Below, in pieces: positions 26,184 to 39,700 of a stretch of DNA of 64,000 bases (its first letter is position 1; each line of letters starts with the position of its first letter). This DNA comes from Perkinsus chesapeaki ATCC PRA-425. Taxonomy: Eukaryota; Protista; Perkinsozoa. Both the position numbers and the translations under genes were made by a program. Where the stretch lies: contig JAAPAO010000079.1 in assembly GCA_013115145.1 (NCBI GenBank), positions 24,261-88,260 of the forward strand, read 5' to 3'. Under the pieces are notes generated by a model. The model was not told the origin of the DNA. It saw nothing but the letters and a program-made list of their open reading frames with translations, and did no database searches.

Positions 26184-26513
26184 TTCTGTACTATATAGTG
26201 GTTATCTCATTGTTGATAATTACTTTTCTCATTCTCATCATTATTGTGTTGGTACATGAGCCAGTGGTTGGTTACTAGGATTATTAATATAGTATTACGC
26301 AATAAATAGCGTACCACAATCATCTAAATAAACAATCTACCTCGCACAATACACCAGCGAAAAATCGGACAGGACCTCCGAATCAATGAACGGAGGTTGG
26401 TTCAATCTTTTGTAAGCTTCTTAATAATGGTTATCAATATTTCGTTGCTTTCACTGTCTTGATGATTAAGTCGTAACTGTTGTTTTAGTAACTCAACAAT
26501 CACTATAAATAGC

Positions 26514-28144
26514 TCAATTATATCGAAGTTCTTCGGGGCAATCAACTTGTCTGTGAGGATCGGCGGCTTTGACTGCAGGAAGCTTTATTAGTTCCGAATA
26601 CCTGTCAACGGGGAACGCGAAGATCGATGGAGGAATTAATGCCATGGGAGCTGCTTAATAGGTGATTGTGATACGTACAACGGAACGATGACAATAATAT
26701 CATATATTCGAGGTTGAATGGAGAATTAGGGAACATACGTCAGCGGTAGCAACTACTTGTACAAAATAGTGGTAAATAATAATATAAAATAATAAACGAA
26801 AATATACACAAGTATGCACTTCCTACATTGCCAATTTCACATCGGAACTTACACGCTAAAAACTTTTGGGAATTCCTTGTCGATCGGCAGTTCGAAGCGA
26901 AGGGCATTGTAGACTTGCGGCACCAGACACACATCGGCGATCGACAAGCATTTGCCAACACAGTTGATGCTGTTGTCCATCGGCAGGAGATCTTCAACTG
27001 TCGACAGACCACGCTGAAAAGGGGCACTGTTAATACATAGTCAGTGGAGACCCTATAGTAGTTGTTGCAGTTGATAATGTTCCACTTCGTAGGTTTTATT
27101 TTCCATTATTAACTTGGCGATTCGAATTCCGAATAGATAACCCACTGGTCCTTCAAAGTTATCGCCTTACTCTTATAAAATGGGCAACCCATTCATTTTT
27201 AATATCTTTTCCAGCAACTTCGTTCGCGTACTGAAACACGCTAAGATTCTGTAATGGGTGTGTGTCACAAGCAATCGTCAAAGCTATCGACAACGCCGCG
27301 GCTCTTTCCGCCTGAGAAAAAATACAATTTTCCGACTTGTTAATTTTACTGTATCCTCGGGAATTATTTTGGGTGTCGTCGGATAAGCGTTGTCGAGATA
27401 ATCTAGGATGGCCAGGCTTTGGCTGATCTTCAGCCCGTCTGGGGTGACGAGGGTCGGGACCAACATGGAAGGGTTTATTCCCTTATATCTGATAGATGAT
27501 AATAGACATTTCTATAGTAAATCCAATGGCAGAACGACAATAATTGCTGAACCACTTATAGGAATAAAGCTGCTCATATGAATCATATCGTAATAATACT
27601 GAATAACAATATTAGTCTTATCGTCACCAGCGCAAGGGACACCATCGACCATCGCGCAATCATTTCAATCCATAACTACCACATAGCTGTCGTAAAGTGA
27701 ACGTCAATGCTGCGTTAGATAACAGGACTTACGAAAGTTAGCTTGTATGTGAGTTTATAGTCCAACGCCGAAGAAGAAGGCTTGATCAGACTATCCGTTC
27801 GACGTGCAGCTTTTGAACAAAAGTTTGATAACTATACTGTCGAGAGTAGGTAAGTTGGAAAAACGATTATGGCATATTATATAACAGTAAATTAATACTT
27901 ATTAATACCAGTCATGGTGCTTAAGCAATCATATGTCTACTTAATATTAATGGTGTAATGATATTAATAGTTCTGAACATCTTAATATATGTACTTTTGG
28001 CGACGGTTCTTACTCGTCACCTTGATGCTCTTTCTTCAACAAGTTAACAGGTACAGTTTCGTATTTGATATCTTTATGGGCCAATGCTATTCTGACTCGA
28101 TAGGCCGCGCTACTGCGGAAGTAACTGTATAATGTAAGGGACAT
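26514..28144 (-). CDS. GSTZ: Glutathione S-transferase zeta / maleylacetoacetate isomerase, copy 2
   Basis: [21 protein letters not shown]; NPSMLVPTL; [12 protein letters not shown]; C-terminus [16 protein letters not shown]. Confidence 0.88.
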
Positions 28145-28375
28145 TACACAAACTGATAACGATCTTCAGATTTTATTAAACTGGAAATGCAATGGGAATC
28201 ATTACTTCATTGAAACAAAGATGCCATAATCGATCAGCTGATCGATTTGAACTGGCTAGCTATCAACTCACTATTAACGTACCGAAACTGTAGCATGTAT
28301 CACATTAAAAAATATATGTCATAGAAGAACGGCAATGTGTGCCACATCATCGACTGCCAATCAAATGCCATCTCT

Positions 28376-29852
28376 TCAAGGATAATCGATTTGGCTTTCA
28401 GGTGCTGCTGCAACGAACGCTTCTTGGCCCATCAAATTCGTGTAACTGACGGAGACACTTCGCTTTCCGAGAACTCCGACATTTCTAAAAAATGCGTTCC
28501 CCACCAAATATAACTTGCAGAAAATAAGAAAAAAATCGGAAAAATATAATATATCCCGTTTTGCGACGAGTCAGCTTCCGGAAGTCTCCGGTAAGGCAAC
28601 ACCAGCAAGGTTTCGCCTATAACAAACGATTTAGTGACTTCCACGGGCAGATGCAGTTGGTGATGCGAAGGGCTTTCGCAAATCGCAGATGACACTCCGT
28701 TCGCTTCGACAGCTCACATTCGGTGTATCTTAGGGAACTTATCCTTCACATCAATTTGGGTTCTTTTAATAGCGTTGTAGACTTGAGGCACCAAACAAAC
28801 GTCAGCAATGGTGATATCATCACCGATGCAGAATTCATCATCCACCCGAAGGAGCCTCTCGACGTCCGTCAATCCTTTCTGAGGAACAAATAATCTCGGC
28901 ACCATCAACACCAAATGATAATTTTTCTTATCGAAATTCTCTCATGTATGTAGACTACTGAGGTTGGGCGCCGCCGCGCTTCCCTTTCCATCACAATCCC
29001 TAATAGAGGAGTGATACTAATAATACTGAACTTTCAGACTGCCGCTTATTCTACATAACCAATACGGGAAGTTCATCGCCGTTTACCCTCTCAATTTGAT
29101 TTGCAAACCCATCGACCCAGTAAGCCATATACATCGAAGAAGCTATCTAAAAATTTCAACTAGTTACGCCGGTGGTCGGAACAGCTTCAGAACCATATTT
29201 GGGCGATCTCGGCCACTACTAGTGGCCCACTAGGGCCACCGCGGAGCCATTTTCGCCGATTGCTCGAGATTTCCCGAAAGAGCCGTATTCGGTGAATCTA
29301 TGATGGGACCTGGATAAAATGGGTGCTCCATTCCATTGTGACATCTCGACCGGCCAATTCACTGGCGAAATCGATGCAACGCAGATTCTGCAAAGGTTGC
29401 GTTCCAGCGATAATCATAAGGGAGATCTGAAGCATTATAAAACGTCACTCGCCTCGAAATTGTACCGCAATCGCTCGAGCTCTACGAACCTGAAAACAAC
29501 CTCGGAGAATCTTTGCGGATTTTCTCTCCTACTGGATCCGTCGGCCACAATATGTATGTCCCAGGAAAAGCATTTTCGAGATAATCAAGGATCGCCAAGC
29601 TCTCCGTCAAAACTGAACCGTCGGCGGTCACCAAACTCGGGACAAGTCCGGAAGGGTTCACTTTCAGGTACCTTTCAGAACATGGGCAATTTCGTGGCGA
29701 GTGACGCACTTTTCAGCTTTTTGTTCATGCTTGTCGATATTAACTGTACGAAGTGTGTAAGGGATCTTTTTGAGCTCGAGAGCTATACGGACGCGGAAGG
29801 CACAACTGCTGCGGTAGAAGGAATAAAGGGTGATACTGTCGGCGGCGCTCAT
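28376..29852 (-). CDS. GSTZ: Glutathione S-transferase zeta / maleylacetoacetate isomerase, copy 1
   Basis: TLYSFYRSSCAFRVRIALELKKI; NPSGLVPSL; [12 protein letters not shown]; [15 protein letters not shown]; C-terminus AFVAAAPESQIDYP. Confidence 0.9.
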
Positions 29853-30424
29853 TAAAAACGGAAACCTAGACTCATTTGAGGATGCTGGGATGAAGTCCCA
29901 GAATAAAGCTGTGATGAATTTGTCAACCATAACTTTCAGAAATCTCTCTCGCGGTTAGTGGCAACAATCTGGCCGGTAAGGAAATCACTTCGGCGACGAC
30001 ATCCATGATTAACCGCTAAAAAGATTTTTGAAGGTTATACAACCCTGGAACCGAAAGTGATACCAATCGATTTCGTTTCAGACATTGCCGTATCTTAACC
30101 ACTTCAGCGTGTTTCGATCGATTTCCCTCGGATCTATCCAACGCACTGTAATTGTTATCTCCCCGATCACATCAGAAATCATACGCGAGCCGAGGGGGCA
30201 GGGCTCACTGTATGGCTACACTTGGTTGGATTAATCCAATTCTTAATAAATCCTAATTCCTGTCATTTGTCAAGATGAGCCCGGCGAGCACCGAAATCAC
30301 GACGCCTGCTCTTTAGTAACTAACTCAACTTCGATAGCTGTGATAGAAACTTTCACGTAAAAAAATCTTCAGTCATTAGGAAAATCATGCTTCGACCTTA
30401 GATACACTGGTCGTACTATCTTCA

Positions 30425-33400
30425 TCAAAAAGACCAGACAGAACCTGAAGGAAGGATTAATGTTAATGCGGAAAATTCCAAGTCATCTACGGATGGTTTG
30501 AGCATCGGATTCACGCCCAGGTCGGATAGGAGCGTCCATTCCGTTTCAGCACCAAGAATGACCTGAACAGCAGCGATTTCCGGTGAAGCATTTCCCAAGT
30601 AATAGATATCATCTACAGTATATATATTGTTATTGTAAGTTATCAATCACATCTTACTATACGATGAACGCAAGACTAGCCCAACGCTTCGATTAAAGCC
30701 CCCTGCGGGAGCCTACCACTTGAGGATCGGTTGCGAGAGGCCTCTCAGCCAGTTCGCCAATCACAACCGCCTCCTCGTCCAGTCCTCTTAACGTCTCCAA
30801 AATAACATTTTTGTATTCAGCAGCAACACATAAAACCTGATGATCACGATCAGATTCCATTTGCCAGTCGCGGCGCTTACCATCCCAATCCCGACGTTGA
30901 AGGTCGTTGCCAACTCCGTCGCCTCGAGCTTACCCTGGGTTGCGCACCATCTAAAAAATATTATCACAACAACTTGTCAAACGAGACTCTTGCTTTTTTA
31001 TAACTACTCACAGTAAATACGCTAACTTAGTCTGGAGAGAGAATAAAGCATGATACTGTCGGGGCTATCAAGACTTATAAAGGTTTGTCCGAAATATTTC
31101 CCCTCGTTGCTGGCAGCAAGTGTAATGACCATTCGTAATCACGCGAATACCATCTGCGAGCATGGATGTCGCTGGTGGGCCCCAAGATAGTATCTTCGAG
31201 CTCAATTGCGAGGGTGACTTTATAGGAACAATAAGACGAAATAGCCTTTTCCGGTACTGTAAATACTGGGAGCACAGTGGAGCGTTAGAAAATTCGACGA
31301 GTGGCTGAAGGAACTGCATGGCCGCCGTCGTCACGAACGCGTATCTTCACGACATCGACTGGTATTATGCAAGGAGTAGTGATCGACAACTCTGTCTGAT
31401 TCTAGGAATAGGGAATGTGTTACCGTTTTTGCCACTCCTACCGATCGGGCAAATTTGGACGGAATTTTCAAAGGCGTTTGTTTTTTAATTCCTTGCAAGA
31501 TTAATTGTCTACTGGCCCCGCATCTTCATAAACCGGTGATATGTTCAAAATCCACACGCGGAGGCTCTTACCTGAACACAGCCGGCAGCTCCCAGCAGTC
31601 GGCCTTAATAACAGCTTGAAGGTGACTCGGCAGCATACGAGGGATATTCTGGAACAGACCACCACCGGTGATGTGCGCAGCCTGAAGATTCAAAGATACG
31701 CTTCTACTCAATGACAACCCTACCCCCTTTAGTTTGCCCTCTCCCAGCTTCACCAACTCCAAAATGGTTTTCACATATATCTTCGTCGGAGTGAGCAAAG
31801 ATTCCCCCAAGGTCGTCGTGGGATCATACGGCGCCGGATCGGTCATAGTAAGACCGCTTACCTAAAATATATAACCGACTGAAGCTGACAATTTTTATAT
31901 CTATATCTACCTCGGCTATCTTTCTCACCAAACTAAAACCGTTCGAGTGGACACCCGAAGACAGCAGACCGATGAGGACCTGAAAAAAGTCAAAGTCAGG
32001 TTCAACATGCGACAAGTTATATAACTATTTTGTCCGCTGGGTGATATGAAATATGCAACAGTATTGAAAACTAGCCAAAAATACAACTTATCGCACCTGT
32101 TAATATAAATTAAACCCGATCCTGATAGTAAAGGAGTAGAAGTCCTATAGAAGATAAGTATCGACATTAGTTCATGGAATTTTAACCAAACATCTTCTAT
32201 ATCAGTGTGCAATATTTTCCAGTTTTGTATGAATCTTCAACGCCAACGAATTTGGAGCTCACTTTTGGACATTTCATGAATATCGTTTGTACTCGGTAAA
32301 ATAGGATTTTAGATTTTCAATTCTGGAAGATGCTTTTTCAGTATCGCTGTGTAAATATTTCCGCGAAATAATTTCCCTTCTATACATAATAATTGCCCTA
32401 CATCACCACACATCATCTCATCTTTATTAGGTAGCTCCAGAGACTTCTCTTTTACACCAACCACAAAACCAGCTATATCGTATCTGAAAGAAATTAACAA
32501 AACCCAATCAAATAGGAAACAACTCACTCGGTCTTGTCCGCGAAAAGCCCCGGAAGCTCCGCAGTCTCGCCACCCAGCAGAGTGCAGCCAGCTTGGAGCT
32601 GCAATAATGAAACAATAATGCGATTTAGGCGTCCGAATGCCGCCGCCAAGTTGCTTCCCAAATACAATAGGCAAACGTTAATTTCACTGAAAAGGCCATG
32701 CTACGTAAAATAGCTTTCCTCTTGACACCCGCAAACGCACTGGTAGGGTTTTCGCGATGACTTCAGATATCTAAGAGCGCTGAATGATACTAGCAAAGTT
32801 ACTATCTCAGTTGGATTGGCCCTCCATCCAACCTGATGCGCAACAACAGCACTCCACGAATTTCACAATTGCAAAACGACTCTCAACAAATATGAAATCT
32901 TTTAACAGATCGCACTCGGTAGAAAATCTTTGATGTATAAAAAACCGCACTCGTTAAAGAATCTTACGCAGCCATCAGCGATTCCTTTAACAACCTCAAC
33001 CGCTTGTTTAACATCTAATTTGCCCACCGCGAAGTAATCCAAGAAAAAGAGCGGTTCCGCACCGTGGACAACCTGACAATTTCTACAATCACTTTACTTT
33101 AACCATTTTCCTTACCACATCATTAGCGCACATCGCAACCAAATCTATGCCGACAGTATCATGCTTTTTAATAATATTAGCAATCTTTAGTTTAGTTCCA
33201 ACACCGTCTGTGCCAGATACTAATACCTGGTGAATGGTAAAATATATATCGCCACGAAAAACGGGAAAGATTTCCAGCGGCAAAACCACCTGTCGAAGCT
33301 CCGAAAATTCTAGAAAAAAGTGAAAATTCAGAAATGAAATTTTAGACCTCCGCAAAGAGAGACCGTTGACAGATATTCCTTACGGGCTCCTTGTAGTTGC

Positions 33401-33700
33401 CGCATCGTGACAGATCGCAGAATCCTCCAAAGTCACCGAGGCTGCCACCCATACCGGGACGTTGGGTTCCTGAACGGGGAAAGGATTGAGTAATATTCTA
33501 TATAGTAATCTATTATTATATATATAGGGTTGTTATATGATATAAAGTATAAATAATATATATAATCTGAAATTATATAGAAGAGTATATAAATATATCG
33601 TACATTTATATAATCTTCAAAAATGTCATCACAGATCTTCTTACTTTTAACAAGTGGCTTGAATCCGTCCACCGCAGCTTCACCAGCCTCAATATCGACA
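30425..33700 (-). CDS. purM: AIR synthetase domain
   Basis: [81 protein letters not shown]; probable tail [12 protein letters not shown]. Confidence 0.93.
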
Positions 33701-36700
33701 CCCGCGGCGAGATACCTACACACATCTCGGCAATCTGGAATTCACCATACTTACGTAATGCCGCTTTTAGCGCTCTTCGGAGTGTCACTACCAGACTCCG
33801 AAACTGATAGAAAAACCGTAAAATCAAGCCTCTCCACCAGATAGATCCCTACATTCCCGACTGCCGTGTCTGGATGCCGTCGAGGCTCCACTAGAGGCAA
33901 TGTCAGTCCGGTAATGCATATTTTCAAATGATATCGATCGAACGGCACAGTACCTGATAGGAGATTCTTAATATCATTTTAAGCATGACGGAATCTACTA
34001 TATATTAATAATATAATATTATCAATAATTAAAATTATATATCATATCATTTTCAATAATAACATTATTATTAAACAATCATCATAATATAACTCCTTAC
34101 TTCGTGATCATACTGTTCAATAAACGTTTCTAAATTACTGCTACCTTCATTATTAAAATACGAGCATGCTCAAGAGGTAAAAAAATGACCAAATTTCACA
34201 AGTAGTAGATTATTGATACACAGTATGTTATATTAATCAGATTTATATATTAAACTAATAGCATTAAATCACTATATTATGGTATATTCTATATATGATC
34301 CTTCAGATATAATATATTCATAAAATGATATAATTCATCATAATGTCAATAGAGGTATAATAATGTGGTCCGATACCATTTTTGGAACTCCTATACCCAT
34401 CCAGTAAGAAAATTTCACAGCTGGCGAGAGAAGCCAAGAAATATTCAATTTCCCTTACGCCCTCTCTGCAGCATCTTTAACCGTCTCCCCCTCCGCGGTG
34501 ACAGCCAGTACTCTACCACCAGTAGTAACAGTAACACCATCATCATCACGCTGAGCTCCGGCGTAGTATCTGATGGAAAAACCGTAAATTATCCAGGAGC
34601 AGGACAATGAGAATTCTCGCGCGCCCGGAATTCCGCAGGCCAGTTCGTTATTGATATTAATGCATTTTAGTAACTCAATTTCGAGCATGATCGCATAGAT
34701 TGTCCCTAAAATCCTTCACAGTGCGCAAAGATACCATCACCACCTACACCTGGACTCCAGGGACACATTCAGCTCTATTAACACCATAAAGAGGATAACC
34801 TTTGTTGAACTTGCCAGGATACCCTCCGCTGGCCAACACCACAGTAACCTACGAAATGGCATATAAAACTAATAAAAAAACAGTGTCCGGAATCTTCAAC
34901 CATGTGACACTGTAAGTGCCATAATAATAATGTCTAGGTAATGTCTATGCTACCGTCATATAATTGATGTCCAATAGACACCATCACATCTGATTCAATG
35001 ATCCAAAAGTATCTATTTCTACCAGTAAATTTAACAGGTATTTACAGTGTAGAACTTTATCAGCTATATAAGCTAATATATCAGTCAGAAAATAATCGTC
35101 CGAATCTACGACTTCCACTGGCTTCCACGCTGAAGCGACAACAGCGTCGGAACAATTCATTCTCCGAAGATGAGCTTTTCTCCAGACAAAGGGCAATCCT
35201 TCCATGCGTGGTTAACTGACAATACTTCTCACGCGCCACGAAATTATCCACGTAATGTGGTCTATTCGCTGTCCGAGGGATGTGTCACATATCGTTAGAG
35301 ATCTACCACCATCAATTGGCTCACCGAAGATCCTTTAATTCCAGCAAGCCTCGCGGCCATTTTAGTCGACATTTGCCTCCCAGCCGTGCACGACATAAAG
35401 AGGTCGTAACTGCGGACGTTCTCATAGCACAACAGATCGCTAATGGTTACCAGTCAATCTTCTTGGATACCAACAACGGCATCATCGCTTGAGTCTCGGG
35501 ATCTCCGAAACGGCAATTATATTCTAAAACTTTCGGGCCTGAAGAGGAGCAAATACTCGACACTTAAGGAACTGAGAAGATCTGCAAGATTCGGTTTTCC
35601 CATTGTCTTTCATTATCATCCAAAATATTCAAGACCACTGACAAGTCCTCACTATCGTCCGACTTATTTTACTTACCATTTTATTTTTCCTTTCCGATTA
35701 TCAAATCCTCAATAACTTATTTACGGGTTTTTTCCCCAATTTTCCCGGTCCTATACAGTCACAAGAATAGGAGTATCTTCCTCAAATCGAATCACTTCAA
35801 AAATTTTGCATCCGAATGGAGTTCATTTCAATGGATGCCGTTCCGGTAAAAATCGGCCCGAATTTTCCGGAACTTCCCTCGAAAGGCATACAAACGGAAG
35901 CGACTCCCAGAAATGAAATTTTTTCCTAGAAATTTCTTCAACGACTTTTCCAGTCTCGGGTTTCCCCTTACCGTTCTCCGTCATCATCAACCCAATATAG
36001 AGACATCCCGTGAAGGGCCTTCCATCAATCTTCATTCCCTCTATTGATGGTACAACAATGGTCTTCTCGATACTATCGAACAAAATATAAGATTCAAAAA
36101 CAGTTGATATCTTACTTTGCCTTCTCAGTTGCTGTTAATAAAGTATTGCTCACAAAAGCTCCCATGCCTCCAGTGTTCGGTCCCTCGTCAGCGTTGAATC
36201 TGATATATTATGAAATGTTATAATTATGGCATATTATCAATAAAGAGTTGCTATAATATTATACAGTCTATTATCTATAATTTATATTACTAATTATATG
36301 TTAACTATTGCTATATATGTATAATGATATTTATATTTATAATTACTTATTATTAATATTAATAGTATATTCCCGACACGCCAACTCTTTACAGATAATA
36401 ATACTGCCATTTGGCCCTCTCCAGAGGCCTCCCAAAAACGTGCTGCTAAGTGATCGGAAAATGAGGACGAAAATATATTCCCGAAAGTAGACGTCAAATC
36501 GAGATATTTGATCAACTTCCCCTATGACTTTCCGACCCTATCAAATGCAGCTTCACACAATAATTATTAGTACCAAAACAACACTTATCAATAAACAATC
36601 ATTCTGCGAAATAACAGTGATGCTGAATTATACAACAAAGCTTGTACAATAAACCAAGAGTAAGTTGCGTAATAATGATTATTACACAACTTATTACTTT

Positions 36701-39700
36701 ACGATTGCTGATACTTATTCACGAGGGTATTATTAAATTCGTAAAAAAGTATAAGTTAAACCCCTTGGCACTTCCCTTCCTTTACATTCTCTTATGATCC
36801 CTTGCTGGAGGTAACATCACATAACCATCACCATTAGTAAGAACAAACACCGACACCTCAGGCCCTTCCAATAGCTCCTCAACCACCAATGGACCGCCAT
36901 AGAGACCTAACAGACATGAAAAGATGGCAAGCCACAAGAGGAAAAGTTCATACCGAATAGTTCTCTAACAGCCTCTTTCCCCTCCCCTGCACTACCGGCC
37001 ACAACCACTCCCTTTCCAGCGGCAAGCCCGGAAGCTTTAACAACAACACCGTTATCTGAAATATATACGAATGATCATGATCAGACCGATCATCGTTGAC
37101 AAGTATAATAGGCTTCCCGCAGATAATCTATAAATGATTTTCTCTTTCGAAAGTGATACAAAATTAAATTTTGCAGATTTTCCTACTGAAAAAAGTTGGG
37201 TATTTTATTAAAATACCGTCGCCAGGATCCAGGAGAGGATCACCGAAAATACATCTTCCGCCAATTTAATTACCAAAACAGAATTGCTGAATGTTTCATA
37301 TCTGTCCACCGAAAGACCCAGGTTCAAATCCCACCAGTGCATATTTTATCAACTGCTCTTTCTCCTTCCTCTATTGTCGATGCCGTAATGAACTTGGCTG
37401 TCGGAATGCCATGTCTCTCCATGAAGCTCTTAGACCATGATTTACTCGCCTCAATCTCAGCTGCTGCGGCAGTAGGACCGAATACCGGTATCTGAGTCCA
37501 TCACTCAACAAATCGATCACGTGATCGATTATGGTATTCCCACATAAGTCGGTACATACGAAATGTGATTCGCAAGTTGTTTCCACAGAGCTTGTTTCCT
37601 ATGTAGCTGCTCAAGACCCCTTAATGATTCAGCACACAGTGGTTCTATTATTTCTGATATGTTTGTATCGCATCACTTGCCTTTCCCCCAATTACCTTAT
37701 ATCCCTGTAATACATCTACTATCCCATCCGCTAGAGGCTGCTCTGGTCCAACTACCACCAAACTAATATGCTTCTTTTTACAATACCCAACAATCGACTC
37801 TTTACTGACATTAACCGCCGATATCTGAATATAATGACTTCCATCCACTTCCGTGCCTTATCGAAAACCTCACTAGAAGACACATTCCTAATAAAATGAG
37901 TAAACACCTTTCTCCCAGGCGGGCATATTATTTCTGCCAAAAAATGCGGTAAGAGTCGATAAATTAGAATCAATTCAATCAAACATGACAGGTCACCAAT
38001 CGAAATAAAAATAAATATCGACTCAATCACATCATCTACAGCGACTCCTCTCCCACAAAGCAAAAATTATCGGGAGTATTTTTACTGATCTTTCAGACAG
38101 ATTAAAAGAAGCTTCCTGAATCAGATCAGAAGCTCAGGAAATCAGATAAGAATCAGAAACCCGAGATGAAACCCGAAATGAACGGTCAATCTCCCAGAGA
38201 GATTAAAAGGAGCTTTCTGAATCAGATCAGGTGAGAGTCAGAAACTTTCTGAAAGATTCTTTCAAGCCAACTCCCCCTCCTTTACCCATCATTACATTTA
38301 TTAATTTCTCGTGCTCTCCCGCATTTCCCGGAGCAACATAAACTCTACCCACTCGATGACTAGCGGCCATCGCTTTAGCCAATGCGTGTTCTCTACCGCC
38401 AGATCCTATTACTAATACCTGAACACATCAATCACAAACATAGACAACAGCAAACTCAAGTATTCAACATAACAACCCTGTAGCCGTGCCAAACGCTTGA
38501 ACACGTTATTTTTATTTACTCGAAGAGCGAAATGTCGAAAATAAATGGAATTAAAAGTCTACTCGGAATGATCCTACTAAAAATCAACGTCAATAATCTA
38601 CATAGGAGATCTACTTCCTAATTAGAAATATAAATTTAAGGTTAATACAGCATTAGTAAACGACAATCTCTCAACAAGAGACTTATTAAAATATTTCCCT
38701 ATTTAAAGCCTCTTTATTACGTTCAACCCTCCCTTCGGTGACAGGCCATAACATCTCTCATTCCCTCTGCCTTCCATCCATAATGTAAAGGCTCTTTTAC
38801 ACACAACAGTGCCACCAGGAGTCGGATAATCGCCAGTGAAATACCTAAAGATATTTTCGAGGTCAACTTGGGAACACGCTCAATCCAAGCGATTATACAC
38901 GGGTAAAAACAAACGAAACACGGCGGCGACTGTCTGGACATCTACGACACTTTCTAGAACAAAATAATGAATCTCATAACGATCAAAGTACGATCAAAAA
39001 CTACAGCGATCTCCATTAAGAAACGAGAACGATTTTTACGACCAAAAACCCGACATTGCCCCCTGGCAGCCCCTGCGCAGAATTACCAATCGCCCAGATG
39101 ATCCGGAATGGCGGTGTGAAGATTGTTAACAGTTTGATATACAACCTGAAAACACTTCACTGTATTGATGTTGATAATATTTCTACCTTAATTGTGGCTT
39201 TACAGCCGTCAGGTTTAATAATCTCCGCAATTTTATTCTCCAACTCCTCCTGAGTAAAACCTTCATAGATCCTTTTTACCTGGAAATGATACAATAAAAA
39301 TATACAGTAAAAACTATAACGTGAATTTTCTAGTACAAGGGCGGCTAAATAAATGTAATTTATTATATCAGTGAAAGGGATATGTCTTCTCAGCTGAATC
39401 AGGGGAACGAAAAAGCCTTGTCACGTTAATAACAAAACATTGCGACATCGCTAACAGCATTGTCGAGCATGCCGAGTTGCCAGCATATGTCTCTTCGTAC
39501 TGAACTTCGGCGATTATTGTTTCTTCCCCACCCGCGGAGAGCGGGCTGCGGTAGAGCATACCTCAAAGGAGTTAGCTTTTGGGCTCAGGTACCACTACGT
39601 CAATACCAAACTTGAACTCCACGGGCTATGATTCAATTGCTTTGAATTCCTTTGCTCTTATCGGAGTTGCTGACCTTCTAGGGAATACTTCTGATGGTCA

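Noticed and set aside
30425-30590. PurE-like remnant ([11 protein letters not shown]) after PurM
   Set aside because: Better explained as the normal PurM C-terminal tail (PQVVILG...W) after a phase-0 splice; no SAHRT motif.
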